Assembly: GCA_026914245.1 (NCBI GenBank)
Contig: CP110440.1
Coordinates: 1,612,001 to 1,676,000 of the forward strand
DNA from: Puccinia triticina
Taxonomy: Eukaryota
Direction: 5' to 3'
DNA length: 64,000 nucleotides
Shown here in pieces: positions 26,301 to 37,521 of the stretch; position 1 is the stretch's first letter, and every line of letters begins with the position of its first letter. Position numbers and translations under genes: made by a program. The notes under the pieces are model-generated. The model saw only the letters and a program-made list of their open reading frames with translations, made no database searches and had not been told where the DNA came from.

Positions 26301-28142
26301 TTGGTTTCCCAACTCATCCGCTCACGACCTGGACACTCTTCTAGGCATGGATGTTGATATATCGTCTGACTCAATCTCGCTTTCTCAAGAAAAAATTAAT
26401 GATAAAGGTTTGAGGATGCTTGGACTCTCAGACTGCAAACCTTTCAACACCCCTCTATCAGTCGCGGTTCAACTCAAACCAGCATCTCAAGAAGAAAAGG
26501 ATGAATTCTCTAAACTAAACGTAAATTACAGATTGTGAGCCTGAGTCTCTATAGTGACAGCAGGACACAAGAGAAAAGGGGGGAATATTGGATTTCTTTG
26601 AATAAAGAAAATACAAATATAAAAGAGATAGAGAGAGAGAGAAAGAGACTGAGCAGATTCAAGATTAAGCAGATATTCAAGTTTATTCTGGTGGGAATGC
26701 ATGTCCACTGGCAATGCTACCTCTTTAAAAAAGTGCTGCCAAGCTGTGCTAGAGAGTGCAACAGCCTCCTCTCACAAAAGAAACGTGGAGGGCTTCTGGA
26801 TTAGACAAGTTTAATCCAGCCACAATTTTTTAGCTTCCTTCTGGATAGTCAAGGTTCTTTAAAGGGAAACCTATGTGGTTTGTTTCTTAAAAAAACGACA
26901 GAAAAAGAATGATGTTAAGCAGGGGCAGCCCTGTGATCAAGGATGAGGCAAAGGCCAGCAAAAGAAGAGCAAATCAAGCAGACGCAGAGTTGTACCTCTG
27001 AGATAAACAAGGTTCAGTGAAAGAGGTTACTTACTGTCAATATCCTAGGCGCCTGTGACGGTAGGTATACTGGGAGCGTGGTAATCTCTTTGGTGGTGAT
27101 CCTGGGGTTATCTGGGGTGTGGTTCTGGTGTGCTGAAGTCTGTAGATCCGCCTCAGGCAAGGGGGATCCTGACTACATAAATTTTCACAGTTTTCTTATG
27201 TAATTTACATATGTACATGTGGTTTGGCGCGCCTGGTAGCGCTGACACGTCACAACTGTGCATGCGCGCTACAACTCAATAACTCAGGGAAGGAGTATAG
27301 TTACAAAGAATTGGTAAGTTGTAACTAGGGTTAGAATTGCATGAGGAAACAGAAGATGAAGTCCAAACAAGGGTGTCTCTTAAGATGAAAAAGATATGAA
27401 GTAATCCATATGTAAAAGTAGAAAAAAGGCAGACTTTAGGTCAGCTGAGTTGACTCTAAGGCTGACACAGATAATTCACTGGCATCCTAAATTATCTGTC
27501 TTGTCGCACTAGTCCCGATCTGGCTCCTGAAGGATTGATGCTCTCCAGTTTCAACCACGAACCGGGATGGGACACTGGAAAGAAGTGATACATTGTTGGA
27601 AATATGTAAAAGGGACTCAACATCTACACCTCACTCTCAAAACTTATCCAAGCAAGTCTGCCTCTCTACAACATTACACTGATGCTACATGGGCCAACGA
27701 TCTAGAAACACGTCTATCAAGAAGCGGGTCCATTTGCTTCTGGAAAAACTTCCTGATTGCATGGAACAGCAAGAAGCAAAAGAACATCACACTATCATCA
27801 ACCAAAGCTGAACTAAATTCCCTTGCTGACAGCATACAAGAAAATAAGTGGATTAAATTCTTGGTAGAAGAACTCTGGAATGAAGATCTCAAACCATCAA
27901 CCTTTCACATTGACAATCAGGGACTAGCGGAGAAACTAAAAAAATTTAGATCTAACTCTCAAACAAACCACTTGGACATCAAGATGAAATGGTTATGTAA
28001 CTTACGGAACAAAAATGAAATAACTGTGACTCTAATTCCTTGGAGCAACATAGTAGCCAATACCCTCACAAAAGCAAGCAGTGTGGAATCACTCAACCAA
28101 CTGCGTGACAAATGCTTTCTGGTTCATTACTCACCAAGTTGA
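23346..28142 (+). pseudogene. Copia gag-pol polyprotein, broken by stops, frameshifts and a solo LTR
   Basis: ORF fragments 23346-23981, 24045-24377, 24434-25261, 25334-25690, 25687-26538 and 27567-28142. Confidence 0.9.
26534..27467. mobile_element. Solo LTR (934 bp) inserted in the copia RT
   Basis: TG...CA termini and CAGAT 5-bp TSD. Excision rejoins VNYR to *FTGILNYLSCRTSPDLA (copia RT C-terminal motif). Confidence 0.88.
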
Positions 28143-28689
28143 GGGGGGTGTTGAAACTCGTGCGCATTTGCGCGCATCTCTGGCGCAACTTGTCTGCTGT
28201 ATCCATCTTCTTGTCCAGCAACAATCATTGGTCTATCATCAATCCAGACCTAAGGACACTTCTGCTCAGATCTCCGCCATGTAATCCTCAGCATCAATCA
28301 ATCTCCATTGGAAAGAACCTTAATCCTTTCAACTAGATTCAATTGACTCTCAAGATCTCAAGATCAAGACTCCTTTGTTGGCAATTCACCGCCAACCATT
28401 TCTTTCCTGCGCTTACAAACAAGCGCCGGCGAAGCCTTAACATGGACAGCCTATTTGGCTTCCAACTTGGTGATAAATGCATCCTCGCATTTCCAGATCT
28501 ATTCGATAGCACTCAGTCACTGATACTAATCCTTCCCTTCTTTCAGTTTCAGTCTTAGATCTTTGTCAATTCCTTATTCCATTATTTATTCCCATCTGTT
28601 ATCTACTGTCCTAGGGTTTGTTTCTTTCACTCATCTCCATTATTCATGATCATCAACTAATCCGCTTACTCTCTTCAGTATCATCCTTC

Positions 28690-28905
28690 TCGGTGTCCAG
28701 CACAGACCGGACATTGAGAGGGCATATGTACATACACCCTCCCGATGTCCGCTCTGTGCCGGACATCAAGAGTGTATGCCCCCTTGGTGTCCAGCACATA
28801 CCAGACATCAAGAGGGCATACATACACCCTCTCAATGTCCGGTCTGTGCCGGACATCAAGATTGTATGCCCTCTCAGCGTCCAGCATGTGCTGGACACTG
28901 AGAGG
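28690..28905. repeat. Short foldback array of GATGTCCGG/CCGGACATC units
   Basis: Alternating inverted units, architecturally like the 20550-21322 array; begins where the copia 3' LTR stops. Confidence 0.65.
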
Positions 28906-29391
28906 GTGAGGTTAGCGGGGGCCATGATCGCACTGCAAAAGGTTGTCCGTGACTGCTCGTCTCCAGACCTTTTTCAGCAGGTACCCGCCACCCAAAATTT
29001 ACATACCCGGACCCGCACAGGGCACCCGCCAAGGGCTGGCGGGTACCCGCCCACGGATACCGGGTACCCACGGGCGATCTCTAACCACAATTCAAAAACT
29101 TGCAACACACCTCCAACTGAATTGACCAAGTGCTGCGTGTGCATCAATTGGGATAAACTAACTTCAAAGAATACAGTCAAAACTCTGGACAAAAAATACG
29201 CTCACCCCCCATGGTCTCAATCCTGCCCGTCAATGAAACAAGATATCCAATGCCGCAAGCAACGACATTGGAATGCCTAGTCTGGATTCCTTTTCCTTTC
29301 TTTCTTTTTTCCTTTTTCCCTCTTCCAGCTCAATTTATAACTCCTATCCAAACAAAAACCAGCATTTTTTACTAGTTCAATCTTATTTTTA

Positions 29392-30788
29392 CGGACTTAC
29401 TTCGTGCACTGTGGGGGTCGTTGTCTCGACGTCCAGCCCCCAGTGCGCGCTTCTGCCACGGCTCTTCGCGCACTGCATTTTCCGCCGAAAAAACGGCTGG
29501 CATTTCTTGAGATATTTTTTGATGAATCAATAGAATGGCTTTTTATGATCCCCTTAAAAAATAACCAAGTCATTTAGGGGTCTCCTTGAGCCTAGAGAAA
29601 ATTGACATGAAAAAATCATATTTTAACGCGGCAGGGATCTGTAATATCGCTTCCTGTGCCCCAGTAGCCCCAAAAATTTCACAGTATCATGGCACATGTG
29701 CAAATTCATGACCTGATAATTTTCAGAATTTTTCCCAGAGATATAAGGGGTGCACGGCAGGCTTAGTAGGAAAATTACTGCTAACTGTATAGCTTTTTTG
29801 TTACACACCCAAACAGTCCCAAAATTTCAGAAATGTTTTCATTTTGGATATTCTCCGCGCCATAAATTTCTTGGCAATAGTGTGTCATGATAACATGAGA
29901 TGTAGTGCGGCGGGCTTAGTTGGAAAATGACTGCTAACTTATCTCATGGTTTAATGACACACTATTGCTAAGAGCTTTATGGCGCGGAGAATATGAAAAA
30001 TTGAAACATTCCTGAAAATTTCAGACTGTTTCAGTGTGTAACAAAAAATCTATACATGTAGCAGCCATTTTCCTACTAAGCCCGCCGCGCACCCCTTATA
30101 TCTCATGTTATCATGACATACTATTGCCAAGAAATTTATGGCGCGGAGAATATCCACAATGAAAATATTTCTGAAATTTTGGGACTGTTTGGGTGTGTAA
30201 CAAAAAAGCTATACAGTTAGCAGTAATTTTCCTACTCAGCCTGCTGCGCACCCCTTATATCTCATTTTATAATGACACAATATTGCTAGGAATTTCAGGG
30301 AATTAATTTGAAGCATATTTCTCTGTGCTCTCAAAATTTTGTGCCTTTGGTGTGTGTAACAAAAAAGTTATACATATACGCAAAATAATAAACGCAATAC
30401 CTATTTGGGCTACAGGAAAGCTGGTGAAAATTCTGAAAATTATCAGGTCATGAACTTGCACATGTATAATGATACTGTGAAATTTTTGGGGCTACTGGGG
30501 CACAGGAAGCGATATTACAGGTCCCTGCCTTGTTAAAATATGATTTTTTCATGTCAATTTTCTCTAGGCTCAAGGAGACCCCTAAATGACTTGATTGTTT
30601 TTTAGGGGGATCATAAAAAGTCATTCTATTGATTCATCAAAAAATATCTCAAGAAATGCAAGCCGTTTTTTTGGGGGAATGCACAGTGCGCGAAGAGCCG
30701 TGGCAAAAGCGCGCACTGGGGGCGGGACGTTGAGACGACGACCCCCACAGTGCGCGAAGAGTTTTTTGCAGTGCGCGAAGTAAGTCCG
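29392..30788. mobile_element. 1.4-kb non-autonomous long-TIR DNA transposon
   Basis: CGGACTTACTTCG...CGAAGTAAGTCCG termini flanked by TA (an ATTTTT TSD reading is also possible); TIRs about 330 bp; internal inverted sub-repeats 29740-30270; no transposase. Confidence 0.85.
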
Positions 30789-33424
30789 TATTTTTTTCAC
30801 CTCAGAATTTTATGATTTTATGGTGTTATGGTTTTGTGCAAGTCAACTTTGAACACCCTAAATACTATTTTCCCCTTGGGGGAGTTTCCCAGTTCCGGTA
30901 CAACAGGCAAGCCATGATTAGCTCTTCCGCAGGTGGTGCCGGCAAGAATTGTATTGGCCTGATGCGATGTGATACAGTTGCGGATGGCATAGAACTGTAG
31001 GGGCCCGCGGGCAAAAAAGACATTTTGGACGCGGGCCCTATGTTGCTCGGCCCATTCGGGCCAAACCACATGCTGACCACATTTTTGGGGGTTTCAGAAC
31101 ATGTAGATTCCAAGTCTAAGTCGGCTAAGCTTTCTGCCCAGCGGTTTTTTTTTTTTTTTTTTTCAGACCTTTCATTTCGGACACCACCTATAAAGCCATA
31201 TGGCAAGTCCATATCTATGTACTTAGAGATATTTATTGATTTGTTAGACCATTGTATAACATAATATCATCATTGGGTGAAGAAAAAGTGAGAAAAGGAA
31301 GTAAGGGAGAGCAAGAACAAAAATAATCAAGTGAGAAGCTATGAAATAAGCATATCAACTCGAATCGCTGCGTTTCGAGGGATGCAGCGATGAGATTTGT
31401 ACTTTTTCATCAGTACTTGTGATTGAGGGCCGTTGTAACCTTCCCGATAAACTGAGATCTGTCAATCGATTTGACAGAAGTATTTTCGTATGGTAACAAG
31501 AGGGCAGCTTTTGCAAACCATCTCGAAAGTTGTTTGGCAGAAGGGAATGATTGTGCGGTGTGTGACTTCTTACGGTATGCTAAGAACATACATACAGAAA
31601 GGATTCAATCAGATTCATTTGTAACGGTGTATTGTGAAGGAGATATTGAGCAGGAAAAAGAAACTTACCGTCTTTGATGTAAGACCAAAAAAGGTCTATG
31701 GGGTTGAGTTCGCAGTGGAACTTGGGTAAGAAAAGACAGATATGACCAGCATCTTTGATAATTTGCTGCAGTAAAGGTCGTTTGTTTGCAAAATCGGATT
31801 GGCCAGACATGATCTTTGACCAACAGCATGTGTTGGAATCATCGCGAGGGGCATCTAGAATGACTGAACCTTGCATAGAGCTGTCGGACGCCATGAACTC
31901 GGCAACAGCTTGTTCTTGCGATAAAAAATAACCGGTCTCTTCAGCTTGACGAACCAGTTTTGCCGATTGTTCTGCGGCGTCCTTTCGCATGTTTGAAGTA
32001 GTACACACGGTGCATTGTAACTTCAAAGGAGGTTTCCCTTCCTTGCGTGCTTTGGAGCTGTAATGCTCCCACAGACCTCGCTCCTCTAAGATAGCCTGGA
32101 TTCCTTTTGGTTGGCCAGCTAGTTTGGGATCTGGGTAAGATGTGCCATACGAGAACGTCTGAGGAAGGCCACAAAGATGTGCAGGAATGTAAGGATCATT
32201 GGAGGGGATGATTGAGTTTCGGAGATGTGACTGTTTTCCTCCTGGCTTAAGGTTCATGTTCTGTGCTCGTAGTGCTGTTTTTGCGAAAGCACCATGTGCT
32301 GAGGAGCAATCAAAAATAAATACGGCTTGCGAGTCGGGATGAAGATGTTCAAAAATTGGGATTGCCTTTTTTGAAACTTGCTCGCATAACTGTTCCATAT
32401 CCCACCATGGATCACCATTGCTGCCAGGATATATTACTGTAGCAGCATCAGCTGACAAAGGTTTAGTACCTCCGTCCAGCTGAGATTCCTCAAACTGTTC
32501 GCTAGATAATTCGAGTCGTCCAGTCGTCTCCAAAATGAAGTCAGAGATGTGGATCAATTGCCCGGCATTCTTCGATTGGATCTCGGTGGTTCCAGGAAGA
32601 AGCCAAGTGGATTTGGGCTTTTCTTTTGCGTGAATGGTGGATTCATCGTGAAAGATGAAAACCGTCTCTTTCATAGCTCCCAAGACACCGGGATCGACTC
32701 TTGCGGATTGTTCAAAGGTCTCTAGATCGTACATTCGAGAGCGCTTACGATACATGGTGTATTTTTCAAGGTATTGGGACCTGGCTTCAACGACATCGGG
32801 TTGCTCGTGACCATCAAAATAGAGGCACTTCTTGTGCACTTGAGAGCGAAATCCTAGCTTGTACATCCATCGGGTTGCACATTCTCGGCTGATGGTCCTA
32901 TCAATCCCAAACTGTGGCAGAAGCTCATTCACCACATGGGATTGGAAGGTGATCGGAGTAACCTTTACAATCATGCATTAATTCTTGTTCAGTTGTCAAT
33001 CTAAATGGTGCATGAGTAAAACATGAAAAATTTGGATGCTCACCGCTCCAGGGACTTGCAAAGCAGCCCATTTGAAGAGAGATTCTCGTAGTTTGACATT
33101 GTCCAGCAGAGATTTGTGGTTTGTACAATTTCCATGCTTGGGCAGAAGAAACTCGCGGTGACTGACAATGTGGCGAGCTTGCCTTGCAATTGCCCTCGCA
33201 AGGTAAATTCCACTTCGTTCGTTCTGTGGCTGGTTCTTTTGAGAGGTTCGTCGTATGGAGCTCTGAGCAGTGGCAAGAGATGCAGCTTCGGAAGGTAGTT
33301 CAGCTCCAGACATGGTAAATTTGAATCGAAGAGAGTTGAACTCTTTAAGATTATCCAGCATTGACTGAGGAAACTTAAATTTCTTATCTTTCTTAGCTTT
33401 GTGTTTGAGCAGCGCCGTGACCGT

Positions 33425-34234
33425 TATGGAGCTCCGTCCGGTGCTAGGCCGGCGGCAGCGCTGGGAGGGGATAGATGCTGGGGAGCTGCCCTCTAGAGTG
33501 GTCCGGAGAGGAGTCGGAAAAAAAAAGGGATCGAAGATGGATAGCGTTTGGGTTTGAGAGAGTGGTTTTGATACGACGAGAGTATGATTCTCGTCGGCGG
33601 TGTTGTTTGGTGAACTCAGAAAGATATTGGGAATCAAGATCAGAGGCTTGGTGCGCAGAATCAGGGTTCGATCGGCAAGAATCAATAATCAGATCAATAA
33701 GATTTTATAGCCTCCGACTTGGATCAGTACAGAATGCTATGGCCTCCTATCCTCCAAGTCCGCGCTGGACTTGGAATCCTGGAGGCCTGTCACAAACATG
33801 TCATCATCTCCCTACATACAAACATGACACAGAAGAATCAAATGAAACCAGGAAGAGAAATAAATCAACCACCACCAAACAAAGAAAGAACAATGAGCCG
33901 GACAATGATGAGAGCCAGATGAGAAGACAAAATATCTGAAACCAAATGAGGCTGAAGGAGATAAATCAAGCAGGTGAAAAAGAAACAAGATCAAATAAAC
34001 CCACAGTTATACTGTGTTAGGACCAAGAAAAAAGAAAAACGGGAAAGTGAGAATGAATAGGGGAAGGGAAAGAAAATAGAGAAGTGGAGAAGATGAGATT
34101 GATGGATTGAAGAGAAGGGAAGGGGGAAAGGAAGAGGGAATCCTGAAGTTGAGGGTGTGTGAGGTCTTGAGCTTGAGAGTCTTGCTACGGCCGCCAATCT
34201 TGATCCTGAAACGTGTACCGGGGCGGCCACCACA
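33425..34234 (-). repeat. 3' LTR of the gypsy element
   Basis: Direct repeat of 41279-42088; identical ORF-track translations in both copies. Confidence 0.95.
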
Positions 34235-34305
34235 TCTACCACCCACTTGCAGTCTGTCCCTAGACTGCCCTTCATCCGTCTTGATCTTGAGGTGCCGCGA
34301 AAGCC

Positions 34306-34414
34306 CTGAGGAGAGAAACAGGGTCCCGAAGATGGCTCACGAGTGTGGCATGAAGTAGGGCTTACGACAAACGGTAGAGGCTACCCGGTAGGTGCATACA
34401 TTGGGAGGACTTAC
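34306..34414 (-). other. Intron-like cassette E (109 nt), containing the pol stop codon
   Basis: AA|GTAAGTCCTCCCA...GCCACACTCGTGAGCC...CTCAG. Confidence 0.7.
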
Positions 34415-37400
34415 TTTTGGTCAGAAGTGCCTCCGCGCGGATAGTACCGCTTGACCTGATCCGCCGCAAACCGGCGCTTGAGCTCAGTCCCGTCTAGTTC
34501 CGCTAGCACGTACGAACCGCCTTGGACTTGCTTGATGACTCGGTATGGGCCATTCCACTTGTGAGCGAAAAGTTGGCCCCATTGAACCTCCAAAGATCGG
34601 TTGTACGCAAGAACGAGATCGCCAGGTGAAAGCGGGTCTCTGAGTCGGTTAGCCTGCTTGTCTTCCCAGTAGCGGATTGACTCCGCCCGAGATCTCATCA
34701 TCCGTTCATGAGCCACCCGTCGAGTATCTTCGCTCCGCTCAAGCTGCCTAGACCGGGCTACCAATAGATCAGAGGTATCTCGAACCTCCTCCCAATCAAT
34801 CCCTAGATAGGATTCAATGTCAAGATCAATAGGGAGCGCCGCGCGTTGTCCGAAGATCAGCTCGTAAGGGGAATAGCCGGTAGTCCTCTTGGTAGAGATT
34901 CGGTCCGAGAAAAGCACCAGTGGCAGGTATTTACGGCAATTTTTACCGCTCTCGCCCGCTAGCTTCACCAGTGCCGACTTGAGAGGCCCATGACCGCGCT
35001 CCACCATTCCTTGCCCTTCCGGATAATAGGGTGTAGAGACCCGGTGCTGACCTGGCAGTGATCGCAGCATCTCTGCTAAGGCACCTCCAAATTCTGAACC
35101 GCCATCCGTGGAGTAAGAACCCGCAAGGCCGTAGCGCATCGTCCAGTTCTCTTGCAGGAATGTCGCCACCGCCTCCGACGTCAGGTTATTGAGGATCTTG
35201 GCTTCGACCCAGCCAGAGAAGTCATCGCGTGCCACGATCAGGTATTTTGCTCCGCTGGCTTTCAGGTGCACGGCGTCCATAGCCACCCGGCCGAAGACTG
35301 TGGCCTCCCCGGTGGGATAGCGCGGCTCGTGGGGGCGCCTCGAATCCTTCTTCTGGCAGGCATCACAGCTTTGACACCATCGCGCAACGCTTTGCTTGAG
35401 AGACGGCCACCAGAAACGCTCGGAGACACGGCGATAGGTCTCGGCCGTGCCGCGATGACCAAGTTCTTCGTGGAGCTTCTCGAGGATTGAGTCTTGCTGA
35501 TCCGGAATGGTGACTACGATGCGAGCAAGTGGGCTTGCCCGCTTCATCAGGCGCCCTGCTTGTAAGAAGAAGTCAGCTGATCGACGCTTCATCGCTCGGA
35601 ACTCCTGATCGCTTAACCCGTGTGGTCTGACCAAAGTAGCCAGGAAGATCTCCATCTGACGCCAGAAGCCCTCCTGGTACCCAGAGTAGCCCACATCTAT
35701 GTCGACAGAGAAAACGTGCAGAGGACGAATAGCCGGGGCATCCTCGTCGAAATCGGAAGAGGGGGGATCAGAGTCCTCATCACCCTGAGGCCGTCGAGAG
35801 AGACCGTCGGGCATAGTGAAGACCTTGCCAGGGCGATGGACAATGTCGAAAGAGAAGAGTTGGATGAAAGCTACCCAACGAGTCATGGGGGCATTGGGAA
35901 GGCTAGGCGCGTTGATCATCTGGATCAATGACTGCGCGTCCACTCGCAGCTCGAAATGCTGACCCCATAAAAGGGTCTGGAGTTTCTTGAGGATCCGAGC
36001 GACACCACATAGCTCGAGCTTCGCCTGAGAGTACCGCAATTCAACCTCGGAGAACAGCAAAGACTCGTAGAGCGCAGGCCGATCCAACCCATTGGAGTCT
36101 TCTTGAGTGAGGACCGCCCCCACGGCGTGGAAGCTGGAGTCGACCGCCAGGCTGATTTTACCGGCATTGGACCCGTAATCGATCTTGACGAGGACAATGT
36201 CCTGCCCAACAAGCTGCTTCAAAGTATTGAACGCCTCCTCGCAGTCCGCGGTCCAAACAAAATCCGCATCCTTACGTGTCAGACGTCGGAGAGGGAGACA
36301 GATCTGAGACAGGCAAGGAATGAAGATCCGGACATACACTACCACTCCCAAAAACCCGCGCACCTCCGTCGCGTTGACCGGGTTGGGCCATGAAAGGATC
36401 TTGTTGACCTTGGTTTGCGCCATACGCCGACCCTCCTTGCAAACAACGTGCCCCACTATTTCCAAGGCAGGCACGCATGCCGCGAGTTTAGACGCCGATA
36501 CCGTGAGACCTGATTCTTCGATCCGAAACAAGATCCACTCCAGAGTCTCCGCGTATTCCCAAATGAAACGCCGAATTCCTGGATGCCAATCTAGGCACGC
36601 GTCGCCGTAGTCAGAGGCCGGGCCCTTAATACCTCCATCGTCAATGAAAATGCCAGCATGGTCGGGAATTTCGTCTTGGAGGATCCAAACCATCTGCGCT
36701 TGGTACACAGCAACCGAGTTGGTTGCTCCTTGAGGGAGCCGCGTCAGCTGAAACCTTCCGAGGGGAGTGTCAAAAGTTGTCAGAGGCCGAGAGATGGGGT
36801 GCAAGGCGCGCTCGTCATAGCCGCCCATGATGTCTCCAAGACCGTAGCAGGCTCGTCCAGAAAACGACTCCACAAACTCTTCAGTGGCGGGCGGAACGCC
36901 TGCGTCCCGAACCGTGACCTTATTGAGGGGCTGGAGGTCATGCACAATCCGCAGCTTCCCATTACTCTTGACTACACAGAAGACTGGGCTACTGTAGCTC
37001 GACGTGGACTGCTCGTACAGCCCGGTGCTGATACGTTCCCTGATGAGTCGGATATATTCGTCCATTTTAGCTGCAGATATTGGGATCTTCCGCTTTTGCC
37101 ATGGCTCGTGCTCCACGACCGGAATGATGTAGGGCAGCCCGTAAGATTCCTTGAGCAACCCGCGCTCCGATTCCTGGAAAGCAATTGAACGGTTGCGGAG
37201 GGACAGAACATTCTTGATGAGGTCGAGCTCGCTAGGGTACAACCAGCCCGTCGGCCCGAAATTTACCACCGCTAGCCTCTCTTCGGTGACGCGCCCTTGA
37301 GGAACAAAGGGGCCCGCAAGCGACCGCGGCAGACCGCAGTAGGGGTCCCGGGACAGAGGTGGCCGCTGGAGCGGGGGATTGAGATCCTGAGGCATTGGCT

Positions 37401-37521
37401 GATTGACCGGCTTAACCTTGCGGGCCACCGGTTTGTATTTGGCCGCAAAAGAGAGCGCTCCGCCTTCCCGCCAGGAGTCCACTAGGGCAAGCTGAGCCGT
37501 ATGACTGAGGCCGCAGTCCAA
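34411..37521 (-). CDS. pol: Gypsy Pol (RT, RNase H, integrase), 1036 aa
   Basis: RT LRIVHDLQPLN, RLPQGATNS, IFIDDGG; RH AVDSS, ELRVDA, PDGLSR; IN HEELGH..CDAC, AMD, STDGGSEF, GMVERGH, W.GPY. Confidence 0.95.
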   Translation of the reverse strand: MDCGLSHTAQLALVDSWREGGALSFAAKYKPVARKVKPVNQPMPQDLNPPLQRPPLSRDPYCGLPRSLAGPFVPQGRVTEERLAVVNFGPTGWLYPSELDLIKNVLSLRNRSIAFQESERGLLKESYGLPYIIPVVEHEPWQKRKIPISAAKMDEYIRLIRERISTGLYEQSTSSYSSPVFCVVKSNGKLRIVHDLQPLNKVTVRDAGVPPATEEFVESFSGRACYGLGDIMGGYDERALHPISRPLTTFDTPLGRFQLTRLPQGATNSVAVYQAQMVWILQDEIPDHAGIFIDDGGIKGPASDYGDACLDWHPGIRRFIWEYAETLEWILFRIEESGLTVSASKLAACVPALEIVGHVVCKEGRRMAQTKVNKILSWPNPVNATEVRGFLGVVVYVRIFIPCLSQICLPLRRLTRKDADFVWTADCEEAFNTLKQLVGQDIVLVKIDYGSNAGKISLAVDSSFHAVGAVLTQEDSNGLDRPALYESLLFSEVELRYSQAKLELCGVARILKKLQTLLWGQHFELRVDAQSLIQMINAPSLPNAPMTRWVAFIQLFSFDIVHRPGKVFTMPDGLSRRPQGDEDSDPPSSDFDEDAPAIRPLHVFSVDIDVGYSGYQEGFWRQMEIFLATLVRPHGLSDQEFRAMKRRSADFFLQAGRLMKRASPLARIVVTIPDQQDSILEKLHEELGHRGTAETYRRVSERFWWPSLKQSVARWCQSCDACQKKDSRRPHEPRYPTGEATVFGRVAMDAVHLKASGAKYLIVARDDFSGWVEAKILNNLTSEAVATFLQENWTMRYGLAGSYSTDGGSEFGGALAEMLRSLPGQHRVSTPYYPEGQGMVERGHGPLKSALVKLAGESGKNCRKYLPLVLFSDRISTKRTTGYSPYELIFGQRAALPIDLDIESYLGIDWEEVRDTSDLLVARSRQLERSEDTRRVAHERMMRSRAESIRYWEDKQANRLRDPLSPGDLVLAYNRSLEVQWGQLFAHKWNGPYRVIKQVQGGSYVLAELDGTELKRRFAADQVKRYYPRGGTSDQK

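Larger units (their letters stand above)
22600..28687 (+). mobile_element. Degenerate Ty1/copia LTR retrotransposon
   Basis: LTR copies begin at 22600 and 28149 (TGTT.AAACTCGTGCGC) and match for ~540 bp; PPT GAGGGGGG. Order is gag, PR (FILDSGSSAHM), IN (HKSLGH..CESC, HLDLIGP, PQQNGLVERFNRT), RT (QFDVKSVFL, FHVDDL), RH (YTDATWA). 3' LTR apparently truncated at ~28687. Confidence 0.92.

Noticed and set aside
32996..33685. 229-aa ORF, and the similar 199-aa ORF at 40940-41539
   Set aside because: Chimeric read-through from LTR sequence into the interrupted transposase or the leader; no domain evidence for the LTR-derived part.
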